A stretch of 32,000 nucleotides of DNA. Source: Wigglesworthia glossinidia endosymbiont of Glossina morsitans morsitans (Yale colony). Lineage in GTDB: Bacteria; Pseudomonadota; Gammaproteobacteria; Enterobacterales; Enterobacteriaceae. This document shows, piece by piece, positions 1-8,000 of this stretch (position 1 is its first letter; the number at the start of each line of letters is the position of its first letter). Location of the stretch: assembly GCF_000247565.1 (NCBI RefSeq), contig NC_016893.1:480001-512000 (forward strand), read 5' to 3'. Below the pieces are notes generated by a model. That model did no database searches and was not told the DNA's origin. It saw only the letters and a program-made list of their open reading frames with translations. Made by a program: the position numbers and the translations under genes.

Positions 1-738
1 AAGAAATTCTGCTTTTTTAATATAATTTAGTTCTTTTAAAGATTTTCCAATGCTATATCCTTGTGATAATAAAAACGTATTAGCAATTCCGCCTCCAATT
101 ATAATTTTATCGGAAATCTTCGATAATTTTTTAATTACATTAAATTTAGTTGCGATTTTAGATCCTCCGAGAACTGTGACAACTGGACGTTCTGAATTTC
201 TTAAAACTTTTTTGAGATATTTTATTTCTTTTTTAAAAAGTATCCCAATACAACTTTGAGGTGCAAATTTAATTATGCCATATGTAGATGATTCTAGTCG
301 ATGTGAAGCTCCAAATGCATCCATAACAAATATATCACATAAGTTAGCGTATTTTTTTGACAATATTATGTCGTTATTTTTTTCGCCTTTATTAAAGCGT
401 ACATTTTCTAATACTAAAAGTTCATCTCTTCGTGATTCAAAACCATTCAAGTAGTTTCTAACTAATCTTACCGGATAATGAATATATTTTTGTAATATTT
501 TAACGATTGGTTGTAAAGAATATTTTTTATTATATTTTTCGTCTTTAGGTCTTCCAAGATGTGATACAACAATTACAGATTTGGCATGACTTTTTAAAGC
601 AAAATCTATTGTCGCAATAGATTTTTGAATTCGTATATCACAAATAACCTTGTTGTTTTGAATTGGAACATTAAAATCAGTACGTATTAATATTGATTTA
701 TTTTTTAAATAAAAATCAGTTATGCATGGAATTTTCAT
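1..738 (-). CDS. pgk: phosphoglycerate kinase, N-terminal part; the 3' end lies beyond the window edge
   Basis: My own translation of the minus strand from the ATG at 738 gives MKIPCITDFYLKNKSILIRTDFNVP...VVSHLGRPK...LENVRFNKGE...DAFGASHR...VLGGSKIATK...GGGIANTF. These are the typical Pgk N-terminal motifs. The ORF track does not list it because the ORF runs off the window. Confidence 0.9.
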   Translation of the reverse strand, partial: MKIPCITDFYLKNKSILIRTDFNVPIQNNKVICDIRIQKSIATIDFALKSHAKSVIVVSHLGRPKDEKYNKKYSLQPIVKILQKYIHYPVRLVRNYLNGFESRRDELLVLENVRFNKGEKNNDIILSKKYANLCDIFVMDAFGASHRLESSTYGIIKFAPQSCIGILFKKEIKYLKKVLRNSERPVVTVLGGSKIATKFNVIKKLSKISDKIIIGGGIANTFLLSQGYSIGKSLKELNYIKKAEFL

Positions 739-1159
739 ACGAAATTGTAAATAATAATATTAGATATATATTAGAATATATCATTTTTAAAATTTAAATA
801 CTTATAAAAAAATTTTAAAATATTTGTAGATTAAAATAAAGTTGAATTTTTCTTAAATTCGTTTAAAATTTAATAAATTTTAATTTTTAAAATATTTTTG
901 ATCTATTAATTATATTTAGCAAACTAGAATTATTTATCGTATACAACTAATTATATCATAATATATAAATAAGAAACATCGATATAAATTTTAAAAAAAT
1001 TAATAAGATTTTTAATTTTTTATAAAGTTAAATAAAAATTTAGAAAAATCTAATTTAGATACATTATTATGAAACAAAGTTTTCAATAATATAAAAATTT
1101 TATTTTAACTATATCAATACATGATATAATATCATAATATTATTAAAAATGGATTTAAG

Positions 1160-1501
1160 ATGGATTATCAAGATAATATTCAAGAAATTAATGACAATGA
1201 TTTTAATATAGTAGTATTACAATCTAAAAGTCCTGTTTTAGTTGATTTTTGGGCAGAATGGTGTTCTCCATGTAAATCTATGATTCCTATTTTACAAGAT
1301 ATATCAAAGAAGTATGTTAAAAAATTAAAATTAGTCAAAATAAATATAGAGAAAAATGCAATTATTCAAGAAAAATATCTAATTCGAAGCATACCCACTT
1401 TACTATTGTTTTTTAATCAAAATTTATTAGGAACTAAAATTGGAGTATCTTCGCAAAAAGAATTAGAATTTTTTATTGATAGCTATTTAAAAAAATTGTA
1501 G
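1160..1501 (+). CDS. trxA: thioredoxin 1, with a WCSPC active site instead of the canonical WCGPC
   Basis: 113 aa. It aligns along its length with E. coli TrxA (LVDFWAEWC-PCK, IRxIPTLLLF) and lies immediately upstream of rho, as in E. coli. Confidence 0.9.
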   Translation: MDYQDNIQEINDNDFNIVVLQSKSPVLVDFWAEWCSPCKSMIPILQDISKKYVKKLKLVKINIEKNAIIQEKYLIRSIPTLLLFFNQNLLGTKIGVSSQKELEFFIDSYLKKL

Positions 1502-1757
1502 TTTATTGATTTAAATATATAAAATAAAAACAAAGTAAAAATATTTTTTTTATTTAAATTTTTTATATAAACTTAAATTAAAAAAAAATACTGAAAATAT
1601 AATTAATATTATGTTTAAATTTATCAGTACGTAAGTTCATGTAAAAATAGTATAGTATAAAAAATTTTAATTTTTTCTAAAATTAGAATAAAAACTTTAT
1701 ATCAAGTGATTTAAAATATGATTATAAATCAATACCCGTCACCATCATTTCATGATT

Positions 1758-3017
1758 ATGAATCTTACCGAACTAAAAAATAAGCCGGTTTCAGACTTAG
1801 TTACTCTCGGCGAAAATATGGGATTAGAAAACCTTGCTCGCATGCGTAAACAAGATATTATTTTTGCTACCTTAAAACAACACGCTAAAAGTGGAGAAGA
1901 TATTTTTGGCGATGGCGTATTAGAAATATTACAAGATGGCTTTGGATTTTTACGATCAAGTGATAGCTCATATCTTGCCGGTCCAGATGATATTTATGTT
2001 TCTCCTAGTCAAATTAGGCGGTTTAATTTGCGTACAGGAGACACAATTTCTGGAAAAATTAGACCTCCAAAAGAAGGAGAACGATATTTTGCACTACTGA
2101 AAGTAGACGAAGTTAATCACGATAAACCAGAAAATTCTCGTAATAAAATTTTATTTGAAAACTTAACACCTCTACATGCAAACTCTCGTTTGAAAATGGA
2201 GCGAGGCAATGGATCTACAGAAGATCTTACTACACGAGTGCTAGATTTAGCGGCACCAATTGGCAGAGGTCAACGTGGATTGATAGTAGCTCCTCCTAAA
2301 GCAGGAAAAACAATCTTGCTACAAAATATTGCACAAAGTATTTCATATAATTACCCGGAGTGCGTTTTAATAGTTTTATTAATTGATGAGCGTCCCGAAG
2401 AAGTTACTGAAATGCAAAGATTAGTTAAGGGAGAAGTTATTGCATCAACTTTTGACGAACCAGCATCGCGTCACGTACAAGTATCTGAAATGGTTATTGA
2501 GAAAGCAAAAAGATTAGTAGAACATAAAAAAGATGTCATTATTTTGCTAGATTCAATTACAAGATTAGCGCGTGCATATAACACGGTAGTACCTGCATCC
2601 GGAAAAGTATTGACCGGGGGAGTAGATGCTAATGCATTACATCGTCCAAAAAGATTTTTTGGAGCTGCTAGAAATATGGAAGAAGGCGGTAGCTTAACAA
2701 TTATTGCCACAGCATTAATTGATACTGGATCCAAAATGGATGAAGTTATATATGAAGAATTTAAAGGAACCGGTAACATGGAACTACATTTATCAAGAAA
2801 AATAGCTGAAAAACGTGTATTTCCTGCTATTGATTACAACAGATCCGGGACAAGAAAAGAAGAATTACTAACTAGCACTGAAGAACTACAGAAAATGTGG
2901 ATTCTAAGAAGAATTATTCATCCTATGAATGAAATTGACGGTATGGAATTTTTGATGAATAAATTATCTATGACAAAAACTAATAATGAATTTTTTGAAA
3001 TGATGAAACGTTCTTAA
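1758..3017 (+). CDS. rho: transcription termination factor Rho
   Basis: There are long runs identical to E. coli Rho ([63 protein letters not shown]; Walker A APPKAGKT). Homology favours the ATG at 1758 (MNLTELK) over the track start at 1752. Confidence 0.97.
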   Translation: MNLTELKNKPVSDLVTLGENMGLENLARMRKQDIIFATLKQHAKSGEDIFGDGVLEILQDGFGFLRSSDSSYLAGPDDIYVSPSQIRRFNLRTGDTISGKIRPPKEGERYFALLKVDEVNHDKPENSRNKILFENLTPLHANSRLKMERGNGSTEDLTTRVLDLAAPIGRGQRGLIVAPPKAGKTILLQNIAQSISYNYPECVLIVLLIDERPEEVTEMQRLVKGEVIASTFDEPASRHVQVSEMVIEKAKRLVEHKKDVIILLDSITRLARAYNTVVPASGKVLTGGVDANALHRPKRFFGAARNMEEGGSLTIIATALIDTGSKMDEVIYEEFKGTGNMELHLSRKIAEKRVFPAIDYNRSGTRKEELLTSTEELQKMWILRRIIHPMNEIDGMEFLMNKLSMTKTNNEFFEMMKRS

Positions 3018-3083
3018 AAACTTATTACAGTGATGTATAATTTATATTTACGAACAAATACTTAATATAATTAAAAATTTCTC

Positions 3084-4235
3084 ATGTATAAAAAAACTGT
3101 AATCCCTTTTAATCAACCAACTTTAATTGGTACAGAAAAAAAATATGTTAGTATTGCAATAAAAAATAATACTTTATCCGGAGATGGAGAATTTTCGCAT
3201 CTTTGTTCACGTTGGTTGGAAAAAAATTTGAGAGTTAAGAAAGTTTTTCTTACACCTTCATGTACAGATGCATTAGAAATGGCTGCAATAATTTTGAATA
3301 TTCAAAAAGAAGACGAAATTATTATGCCAAGCTATACATTTGTATCTACTGCAAACGCATTTGTATTACGAGGAGCAAAAATTATTTTTATAGATATTAG
3401 ACCTGATACGCTAAATATTGATGAAAAATTAATTGAATCTGCAATTACAAAAAAAACTAAAGCTATCGTAGTTATTCATTATGGAGGCATATCCTGCGCA
3501 ATGGATACAATCAAAAATATATCAAAAAAATATAAGCTTTGGATTATAGAAGATAGCGCACAAAGTATTTTAGCAAAATATAAAAATTTTTATTTAGGCA
3601 GTATCGGTCATCTTGGATGTTTAAGTTTTCATAGCACAAAAAACTTAACTTCTGGAGGAGAAGGAGGAGCAATTTTAATTAACGATGAATCGTTAATTGA
3701 AAGAGCAAAAATAATTAGAGAAAAAGGAACAAACCGTTCATTATTAATTGAAGGTAAAATAGACAAATATACTTGGCACAGTTTAGGTTCTAGTTACTTA
3801 ATGTCGGATCTTCAAGCAGCTTATTTATGGGCACAATTAAAACTTTCAGAAAATATTCACATAAAAAGAATGAAATTATGGAATAACTATTTCCATAGCT
3901 TAAAAACTTCAAATTTTTTTGATATTCCAATTTTTCCTAAATATTGCCAGCATAATGCACATACGTTTTATCTCAAATTCAAAAATTACAAGGATTGTAA
4001 TTTTTTTATAAAATATATGCGTAAAAATGGTATAAACGTTGCGCAACACTATGCTCCTTTGCATTTAAGTCCTGCTGGAATAAAATTTGGTAAGCTTTTT
4101 GGAAATGATATACATACAAATTTTATTAGTAAAAATTTAGTACGTTTACCTTTATTTTTCAACTTAGATCAAAAAAATCAAAAATATATTATATGTAATA
4201 TACATAAATTTATAAATACTTATAAACAAAAATGA
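3084..4235 (+). CDS. wecE: dTDP-4-amino-4,6-dideoxygalactose transaminase (DegT/DnrJ/EryC1 family, WecE/RffA orthologue)
   Basis: 383 aa with blocks matching E. coli WecE from memory: IMPSYTFVSTANAFVLRGAKI, RPDT.NIDE, IIREKGTNRS, DKYTW, GSSYLMSDLQAAYLWAQL. The PLP-lysine context FHSTKN is present. It sits between rho and argX-hisR-proM, where the ECA cluster lies in E. coli. Confidence 0.9.
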   Translation: MYKKTVIPFNQPTLIGTEKKYVSIAIKNNTLSGDGEFSHLCSRWLEKNLRVKKVFLTPSCTDALEMAAIILNIQKEDEIIMPSYTFVSTANAFVLRGAKIIFIDIRPDTLNIDEKLIESAITKKTKAIVVIHYGGISCAMDTIKNISKKYKLWIIEDSAQSILAKYKNFYLGSIGHLGCLSFHSTKNLTSGGEGGAILINDESLIERAKIIREKGTNRSLLIEGKIDKYTWHSLGSSYLMSDLQAAYLWAQLKLSENIHIKRMKLWNNYFHSLKTSNFFDIPIFPKYCQHNAHTFYLKFKNYKDCNFFIKYMRKNGINVAQHYAPLHLSPAGIKFGKLFGNDIHTNFISKNLVRLPLFFNLDQKNQKYIICNIHKFINTYKQK

Positions 4236-4445
4236 TATTTTTTAAATACAATATTCAAAATATTTTAAAATATTGTTTTAACAGTTTTTTTATAGCTGTA
4301 AATTATGTAAAATCGTATTTTAAATTTAATTTCACTAATGTTTTCAGTATTTTATTTAAAAATTTATATAAATACTGTATATTGCATAATAAGATTAATT
4401 TTTTAAAAAATTAAACTAACTCGTATATAAAAATTAATATTTTGA

Positions 4446-4520
4446 GCGCCCGTAGCTCAAATAGGATAGAGCATTGCTTTCCGAAAGCAAAGGTTTCAGG
4501 TTCAAATCCTGTCGGGCGTT
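4446..4520 (+). tRNA. argX: tRNA-Arg (anticodon CCG)
   Basis: I folded the cloverleaf by hand. The acceptor is gcgcccg/cgggcgt (G1-U72 wobble), the anticodon stem is ttgct/agcaa with loop ttCCGaa, and the T-arm is caggTTCAAATcctg. It is near-collinear with E. coli argX. No 3' CCA is encoded. Confidence 0.9.
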
Positions 4521-4533
4521 TAAAGCTTTATAT

Positions 4534-4607
4534 GGTGATTGTAGCTCAGTCGGTAGAGCCCTGGATTGTGATTCCAGTTGTCGTGGGTTCGAATCCCATC
4601 AATCACC
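4534..4607 (+). tRNA. hisR: tRNA-His (anticodon GUG) with an encoded G-1
   Basis: The 5' end ggtgattg carries an extra 5' G pairing with C73. The anticodon stem is ctgga/tccag with loop ttGTGat, and the T-arm is gtgggTTCGAATcccat, as in E. coli hisR. The downstream sequence is caa, not CCA. Confidence 0.9.
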
Positions 4608-4656
4608 CAAAAGATAGCAGCAGTATGTTTTAAATAGTTTATAATCATTTAAAATT

Positions 4657-4730
4657 CGGCGAGTAGCGCAGCTTGGTAGCGCAACTGGTTTGGGACCAGT
4701 AGGTCGGAGGTTCAAATCCTCTCTCGCCGA
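4657..4730 (+). tRNA. proM: tRNA-Pro (anticodon UGG)
   Basis: The acceptor is cggcgag/ctcgccg, the anticodon stem is actgg/ccagt with loop ttTGGga, and the T-arm is ggaggTTCAAATcctct. The discriminator A is followed by ttt, so no CCA is encoded. Confidence 0.9.
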
Positions 4731-4863
4731 TTTAATCAAAAAATATAATGCAAATTATTTTATAATATTTAACTAAAATTTTATATGCTAATATGATTAT
4801 GTTTATCAATTCAATTAAATTGAAGCAATTAAAAATTTAAACTACTAGATTACAATACTTATC

Positions 4864-5421
4864 ATGATTTATATTACTAAAAAAGCACAAAAATATATTT
4901 CGAAATTATTATGCAATCAACCAAAAAAAACACACATTAAATTATTAATACTATCCCCTAATACCGAAAACATAAAATGTCAAGTCGAATATTATATTCC
5001 ACAAGTTCAATTTTCTGATAAAGAAAAAAAATTTAAATTTTCTAATTTTAATGTATATATAAATAAAGCAAATATTATGACAATTAATTATATTCGTATT
5101 AGATTAAAAGAAAATAATTTAAATAAGCAAATCATTGTGAATATTTCAACAAGCAAATTAAATTTAAAACAAAAATTGTCTGCTTTTATTCAATCTAAAA
5201 TTAATACATTTCTAATGCAACATAAAGGTTACGTAGAGTTAATTGATGTCACAGAAGACATGTTTGTTTTAATAAAATTTTTTGGAGGATGCAACGGATG
5301 TGCTATGGCAAATATTACTTTACAAGAAGGCATCGAAAAAGAAATAAAAAAATTTTTTCCTGAAATTAAAGGTGTTCAGGATATAACACAACATGTACGT
5401 AATAATAGTTCTTATTATTAA
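4864..5421 (+). CDS. nfuA: Fe/S biogenesis protein NfuA
   Basis: 185 aa. The C-terminal Nfu domain is well conserved (GGCNGCAMANITLQEGIEKE...FPE.KGV.D.T.H....SYY, with the CxxC motif). The N-terminal A-type-like domain is very diverged. Confidence 0.85.
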   Translation: MIYITKKAQKYISKLLCNQPKKTHIKLLILSPNTENIKCQVEYYIPQVQFSDKEKKFKFSNFNVYINKANIMTINYIRIRLKENNLNKQIIVNISTSKLNLKQKLSAFIQSKINTFLMQHKGYVELIDVTEDMFVLIKFFGGCNGCAMANITLQEGIEKEIKKFFPEIKGVQDITQHVRNNSSYY

Positions 5422-6015
5422 ATTTTATTATTTTTTATTTTTTAATAAAAAATTATATTATCTTAATATAAGATAAAATTTAAATTACTATATCTTTAAA
5501 TAAAAACTTTAAGAATTATCTACACAACAATGAAATAGTAATAATTTATTAAGCACTGAATTGCATTCGCATATAATGCATAACTGTACAAATTAACATA
5601 TCCGTTGGAATTTAAAAAATAAATAATTAATTTTTATTAAAATTTATTTAAAAATTTATTTGAAAAAAATTTTAAAATTATATGTATGTATCTTATTAAA
5701 TTGAAATAATAAATAGAAAATACTTTTAATTTGCAAACAATTAAATTTTACATAATTTTTAAAATTACTGCATAATAAAAATATCTAAATTAGTTTTCTT
5801 ATAAATAGAATTCTCCTATTCTTTTTTTTAACAGGTAAAATAGATTTTCACATATACAGATAAATGAATAATTTAGATCATTTCTATAAATGTATATTTT
5901 TAACGTAAATAAAAATTATTAATAAATTTTACAGAAAAAATTGTTTTATTTTAAATAATTTTGATTAAAAAATAGTTGCGAGAAAATTTTTGATATACAT
6001 AAAAATAGAACTTTC

Positions 6016-6037
6016 GATCGCAATTTTAATTGCGATC
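6016..6037. repeat. isolated G/C-bearing palindrome gatcgcaatt-tt-aattgcgatc inside the nfuA-fabA spacer; function unknown
   Basis: Read directly. Bases 6016-6025 are the reverse complement of 6028-6037. It contains two GATC sites and is surrounded by nearly pure A/T. Confidence 0.6.
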
Positions 6038-6238
6038 ATGCGTTATCAAAAAATAAGTTATTTTTTAAATTTTACACATAAAAAAATATTAAATAGTTAA
6101 TTTTATATATTAATTTATTTATAAGATTATTTATTTAACGAATTAAATTTTAATAATTTAAAAAATTAAAATTTTTTCGATTAAAAATAAATTTTGGATG
6201 TATTGTAATAATAATTAAGTATTTTTGATAAAAATGAT

Positions 6239-6772
6239 TTAAATTTCTATATTTTGAAAATTTGTCATATCTCTAAATAGTCCTACTTTTAAATCACTTG
6301 CTGTATAAATAATTTTTCCGTCACAAATTAACTCTCCATCCGCCATTCCCATGCATAATTTTCTGTTAATTATACGACGAAAATGAATATGATATATTAC
6401 TGTTTTAGCACTAGGCAAAATTTGTCCAGAAAATTTTACCTCGCGTACCCCTAAAGCTCTTCCTTTACCTTCTCCTCCTAACCATCCTAAATAAAATCCA
6501 ACTAATTGCCACATTGCATCTAATCCTAAACATCCCGGCATAACTGGATCATCAATAAAGTGACAATGAAAAAACCACATATTAGGATGAATATCTAATT
6601 CCGCTTTTACGAAACCTTTGTTATAATGACCTCCGTCTTCTGTTACAGTTATAAGACGATCAATCATAAGCATGTTAGGCGCTGGAAGTTGTGGGCCATT
6701 TTTCCCAAACAATTCTCCTCGACTTGAAGATAATAGATCTTCTTTTGTATAAAATTTACGTTTTTTTAACAT
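6239..6772 (-). CDS. fabA: 3-hydroxydecanoyl-ACP dehydratase/isomerase
   Basis: 177 aa with strong matches: [78 protein letters not shown], and [12 protein letters not shown]. Confidence 0.95.
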   Translation of the reverse strand: MLKKRKFYTKEDLLSSSRGELFGKNGPQLPAPNMLMIDRLITVTEDGGHYNKGFVKAELDIHPNMWFFHCHFIDDPVMPGCLGLDAMWQLVGFYLGWLGGEGKGRALGVREVKFSGQILPSAKTVIYHIHFRRIINRKLCMGMADGELICDGKIIYTASDLKVGLFRDMTNFQNIEI

Positions 6773-6781
6773 ATGCTTACC

Positions 6782-6801
6782 TTTTCTGAAGAATCAGAAA
6801 A
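6782..6801 (-). repeat. perfect 8-bp inverted repeat (TTTTCTGA-N4-TCAGAAAA) in the fabA 5' leader, abutting the putative SD; function unknown
   Basis: Read directly: ttttctga (6782-6789), agaa, tcagaaaa (6794-6801). In fabA-sense RNA the sequence is UUUUCUGAUUCUUCAGAAAAGGUAAGCAU-AUG. Confidence 0.6.
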
Positions 6802-7271
6802 TCTGTATAACTTAATATATAAAAACTTTTAAAAATTTCTGTTTTATTAATAACTATTATATTTTTAATATTGTTATATAAGTAAATGTCAGATGCATAA
6901 TATCTAGTTTAAAATTTAGTAAAAATATGATTTTAAATACTCTTTTGATAGTCATTATTAATGATATTTAAAATACTTTATTTGTCATTGAAAAAAAATT
7001 TTAACATTGATTTGTTAAAATTGATTATAATTTATCAGTTCAATTTAAAAATTGATGATATTAAAAAATAACTTAAATAAAATTATTAATAATATATGTG
7101 TATAAATTTTTAATTTATATTATCTATTTTTTAAAATAATTTTATGTGTTATAAAATCAGTTTTTTAACATCAAATTATTAAATAACTCATCAATCTAAA
7201 ATATTACAGTTAATTTAATTTAAAAATATAAATTTTTAAATATAATTAATTTAAGTTTTAGTTAAAAATTG

Positions 7272-7322
7272 ACTTGTATCGTATTTCGATGTAACAAGTT
7301 CTTGACAAAGAACAGCATTTTT
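7272..7322 (+). other. G/C island with two adjacent hairpins in the fabA-dnaK spacer; the second is followed by a T-run (terminator-like or small-RNA-like element of unknown function)
   Basis: Hairpin A is acttgt-atcg / cgat-(gta)-acaagt (7272-7299). Hairpin B is gttctt-gaca-aagaac (7298-7313), followed by agcattttt. TTGACT (7269-7274) and TTGACA (7302-7307) hexamers are embedded. Confidence 0.3.
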
Positions 7323-7971
7323 AGTTTTTAATACAAAAATAAATAATTACATATATTTGTAAAATTTTGAAAATAAAATTTTAGTTAAAATCTTAAAAAA
7401 TTTTATATTCACATATTAAAATTATTTATTTTTAGTCTATAAATTTTACGAACATATTTGAATTTTTTATCTTTTAAAAAATAAAAAAATTTAAAATATT
7501 AAATTTAATTTATCTGTTTTTATATTTTGAATTAGTTATATTTAAAACAGTGTTAATAAATATAAGTAATTGTATCACTATATAAATAAAACTTAATTTT
7601 TCACTAAATATTAATAATACAAAAACATAAAATATTCATAATGATCAATTTTAATATGAATATATAAAATAAAATTAATTAAAAATTTAATTGTTAAAAT
7701 TTTATTTTAACTCTAAAAATTAATCTATACAGATAAATATTTATATATAATTTGAATTTTTTTTATAGATATTTTTCAAATTATACTACAAATATGTACT
7801 AAAAAGTTAGTAGAAACTAAAGATACAAAAAAAATCAATAAATTTTTAAATTTAATAAATATTAAAAAATTAAGATAAGATATGCATAATAAACATCAAA
7901 AATAATAACATTTTACTAAAAAATATTAAATACTTTTTACTTATACAGTATATTTAAAATAAAAATTAAAA

Positions 7972-8000
7972 CTTGAAAACTTCATTTTCAGTCTCATATC
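7972..8000 (+). promoter_or_regulatory. candidate sigma-32 (heat-shock) promoter of dnaK-dnaJ
   Basis: CTTGAAA (7972-7978), a 14-nt spacer, then tCTCATAT (7993-8000), against the consensus CTTGAAA-N13-15-CCCCATNT. It ends 40 nt upstream of the dnaK ATG. A GGAG SD lies at 8030-8033. Confidence 0.4.

Noticed and set aside
1149-1208. A small out-of-frame uORF (atggatttaag...) 11 nt upstream of the trxA ATG that repeats the motif ATGGATT. A 15-nt palindrome atgatataatatcat containing TGnTATAAT lies at 1121-1135.
   Set aside because: Short ORFs, A/T palindromes and TATAAT-like hexamers are abundant by chance at this composition. The extended -10 is a plausible trxA promoter, but I cannot separate it from background.
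1752-1757. Longer N-terminal extensions proposed by the ORF track: rho 1752, rpsT 12701, ispH 17176, glnS 23093, suhB 26493, iscS 26768, ung 28025 and yadG 31644.
   Set aside because: The track takes the most upstream ATG, GTG or TTG. Alignment with the E. coli N-termini, and SD-like purine runs where present, support the downstream starts given in the features.
2471-2779. A 102-aa antisense ORF inside rho. The same class includes 50-259, 8871-9053, 9660-9890, 10216-10785 (several), 13462-13671, 14239-14430, 25979-26275, 29546-29740 and 31544-31732.
   Set aside because: All are embedded in, or antisense to, confidently identified conserved genes and have no recognisable motifs. Such shadow ORFs are expected opposite coding regions.
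4232-4414. A 60-aa ORF whose ATG overlaps the wecE stop (ATGA). It sits where wzxE follows wecE in E. coli.
   Set aside because: The sequence (F/N/K/Y/I-rich, MIFFKYNIQNILKYCF...) is what A/T-rich non-coding DNA translates to. I see no similarity to the WzxE N-terminus or to any other family. At most it is a fully eroded remnant.
4442-4633. A 63-aa ORF in the track.
   Set aside because: It lies entirely over the tRNA-Arg and tRNA-His genes and is an artefact of their G/C content.
5422-6238. A search for an rmf (ribosome modulation factor) gene or remnant convergent to fabA, as in E. coli.
   Set aside because: Only very short ORFs (about 20 aa or fewer) are present, and none resembles RMF (MKRQKRDRLERA...).
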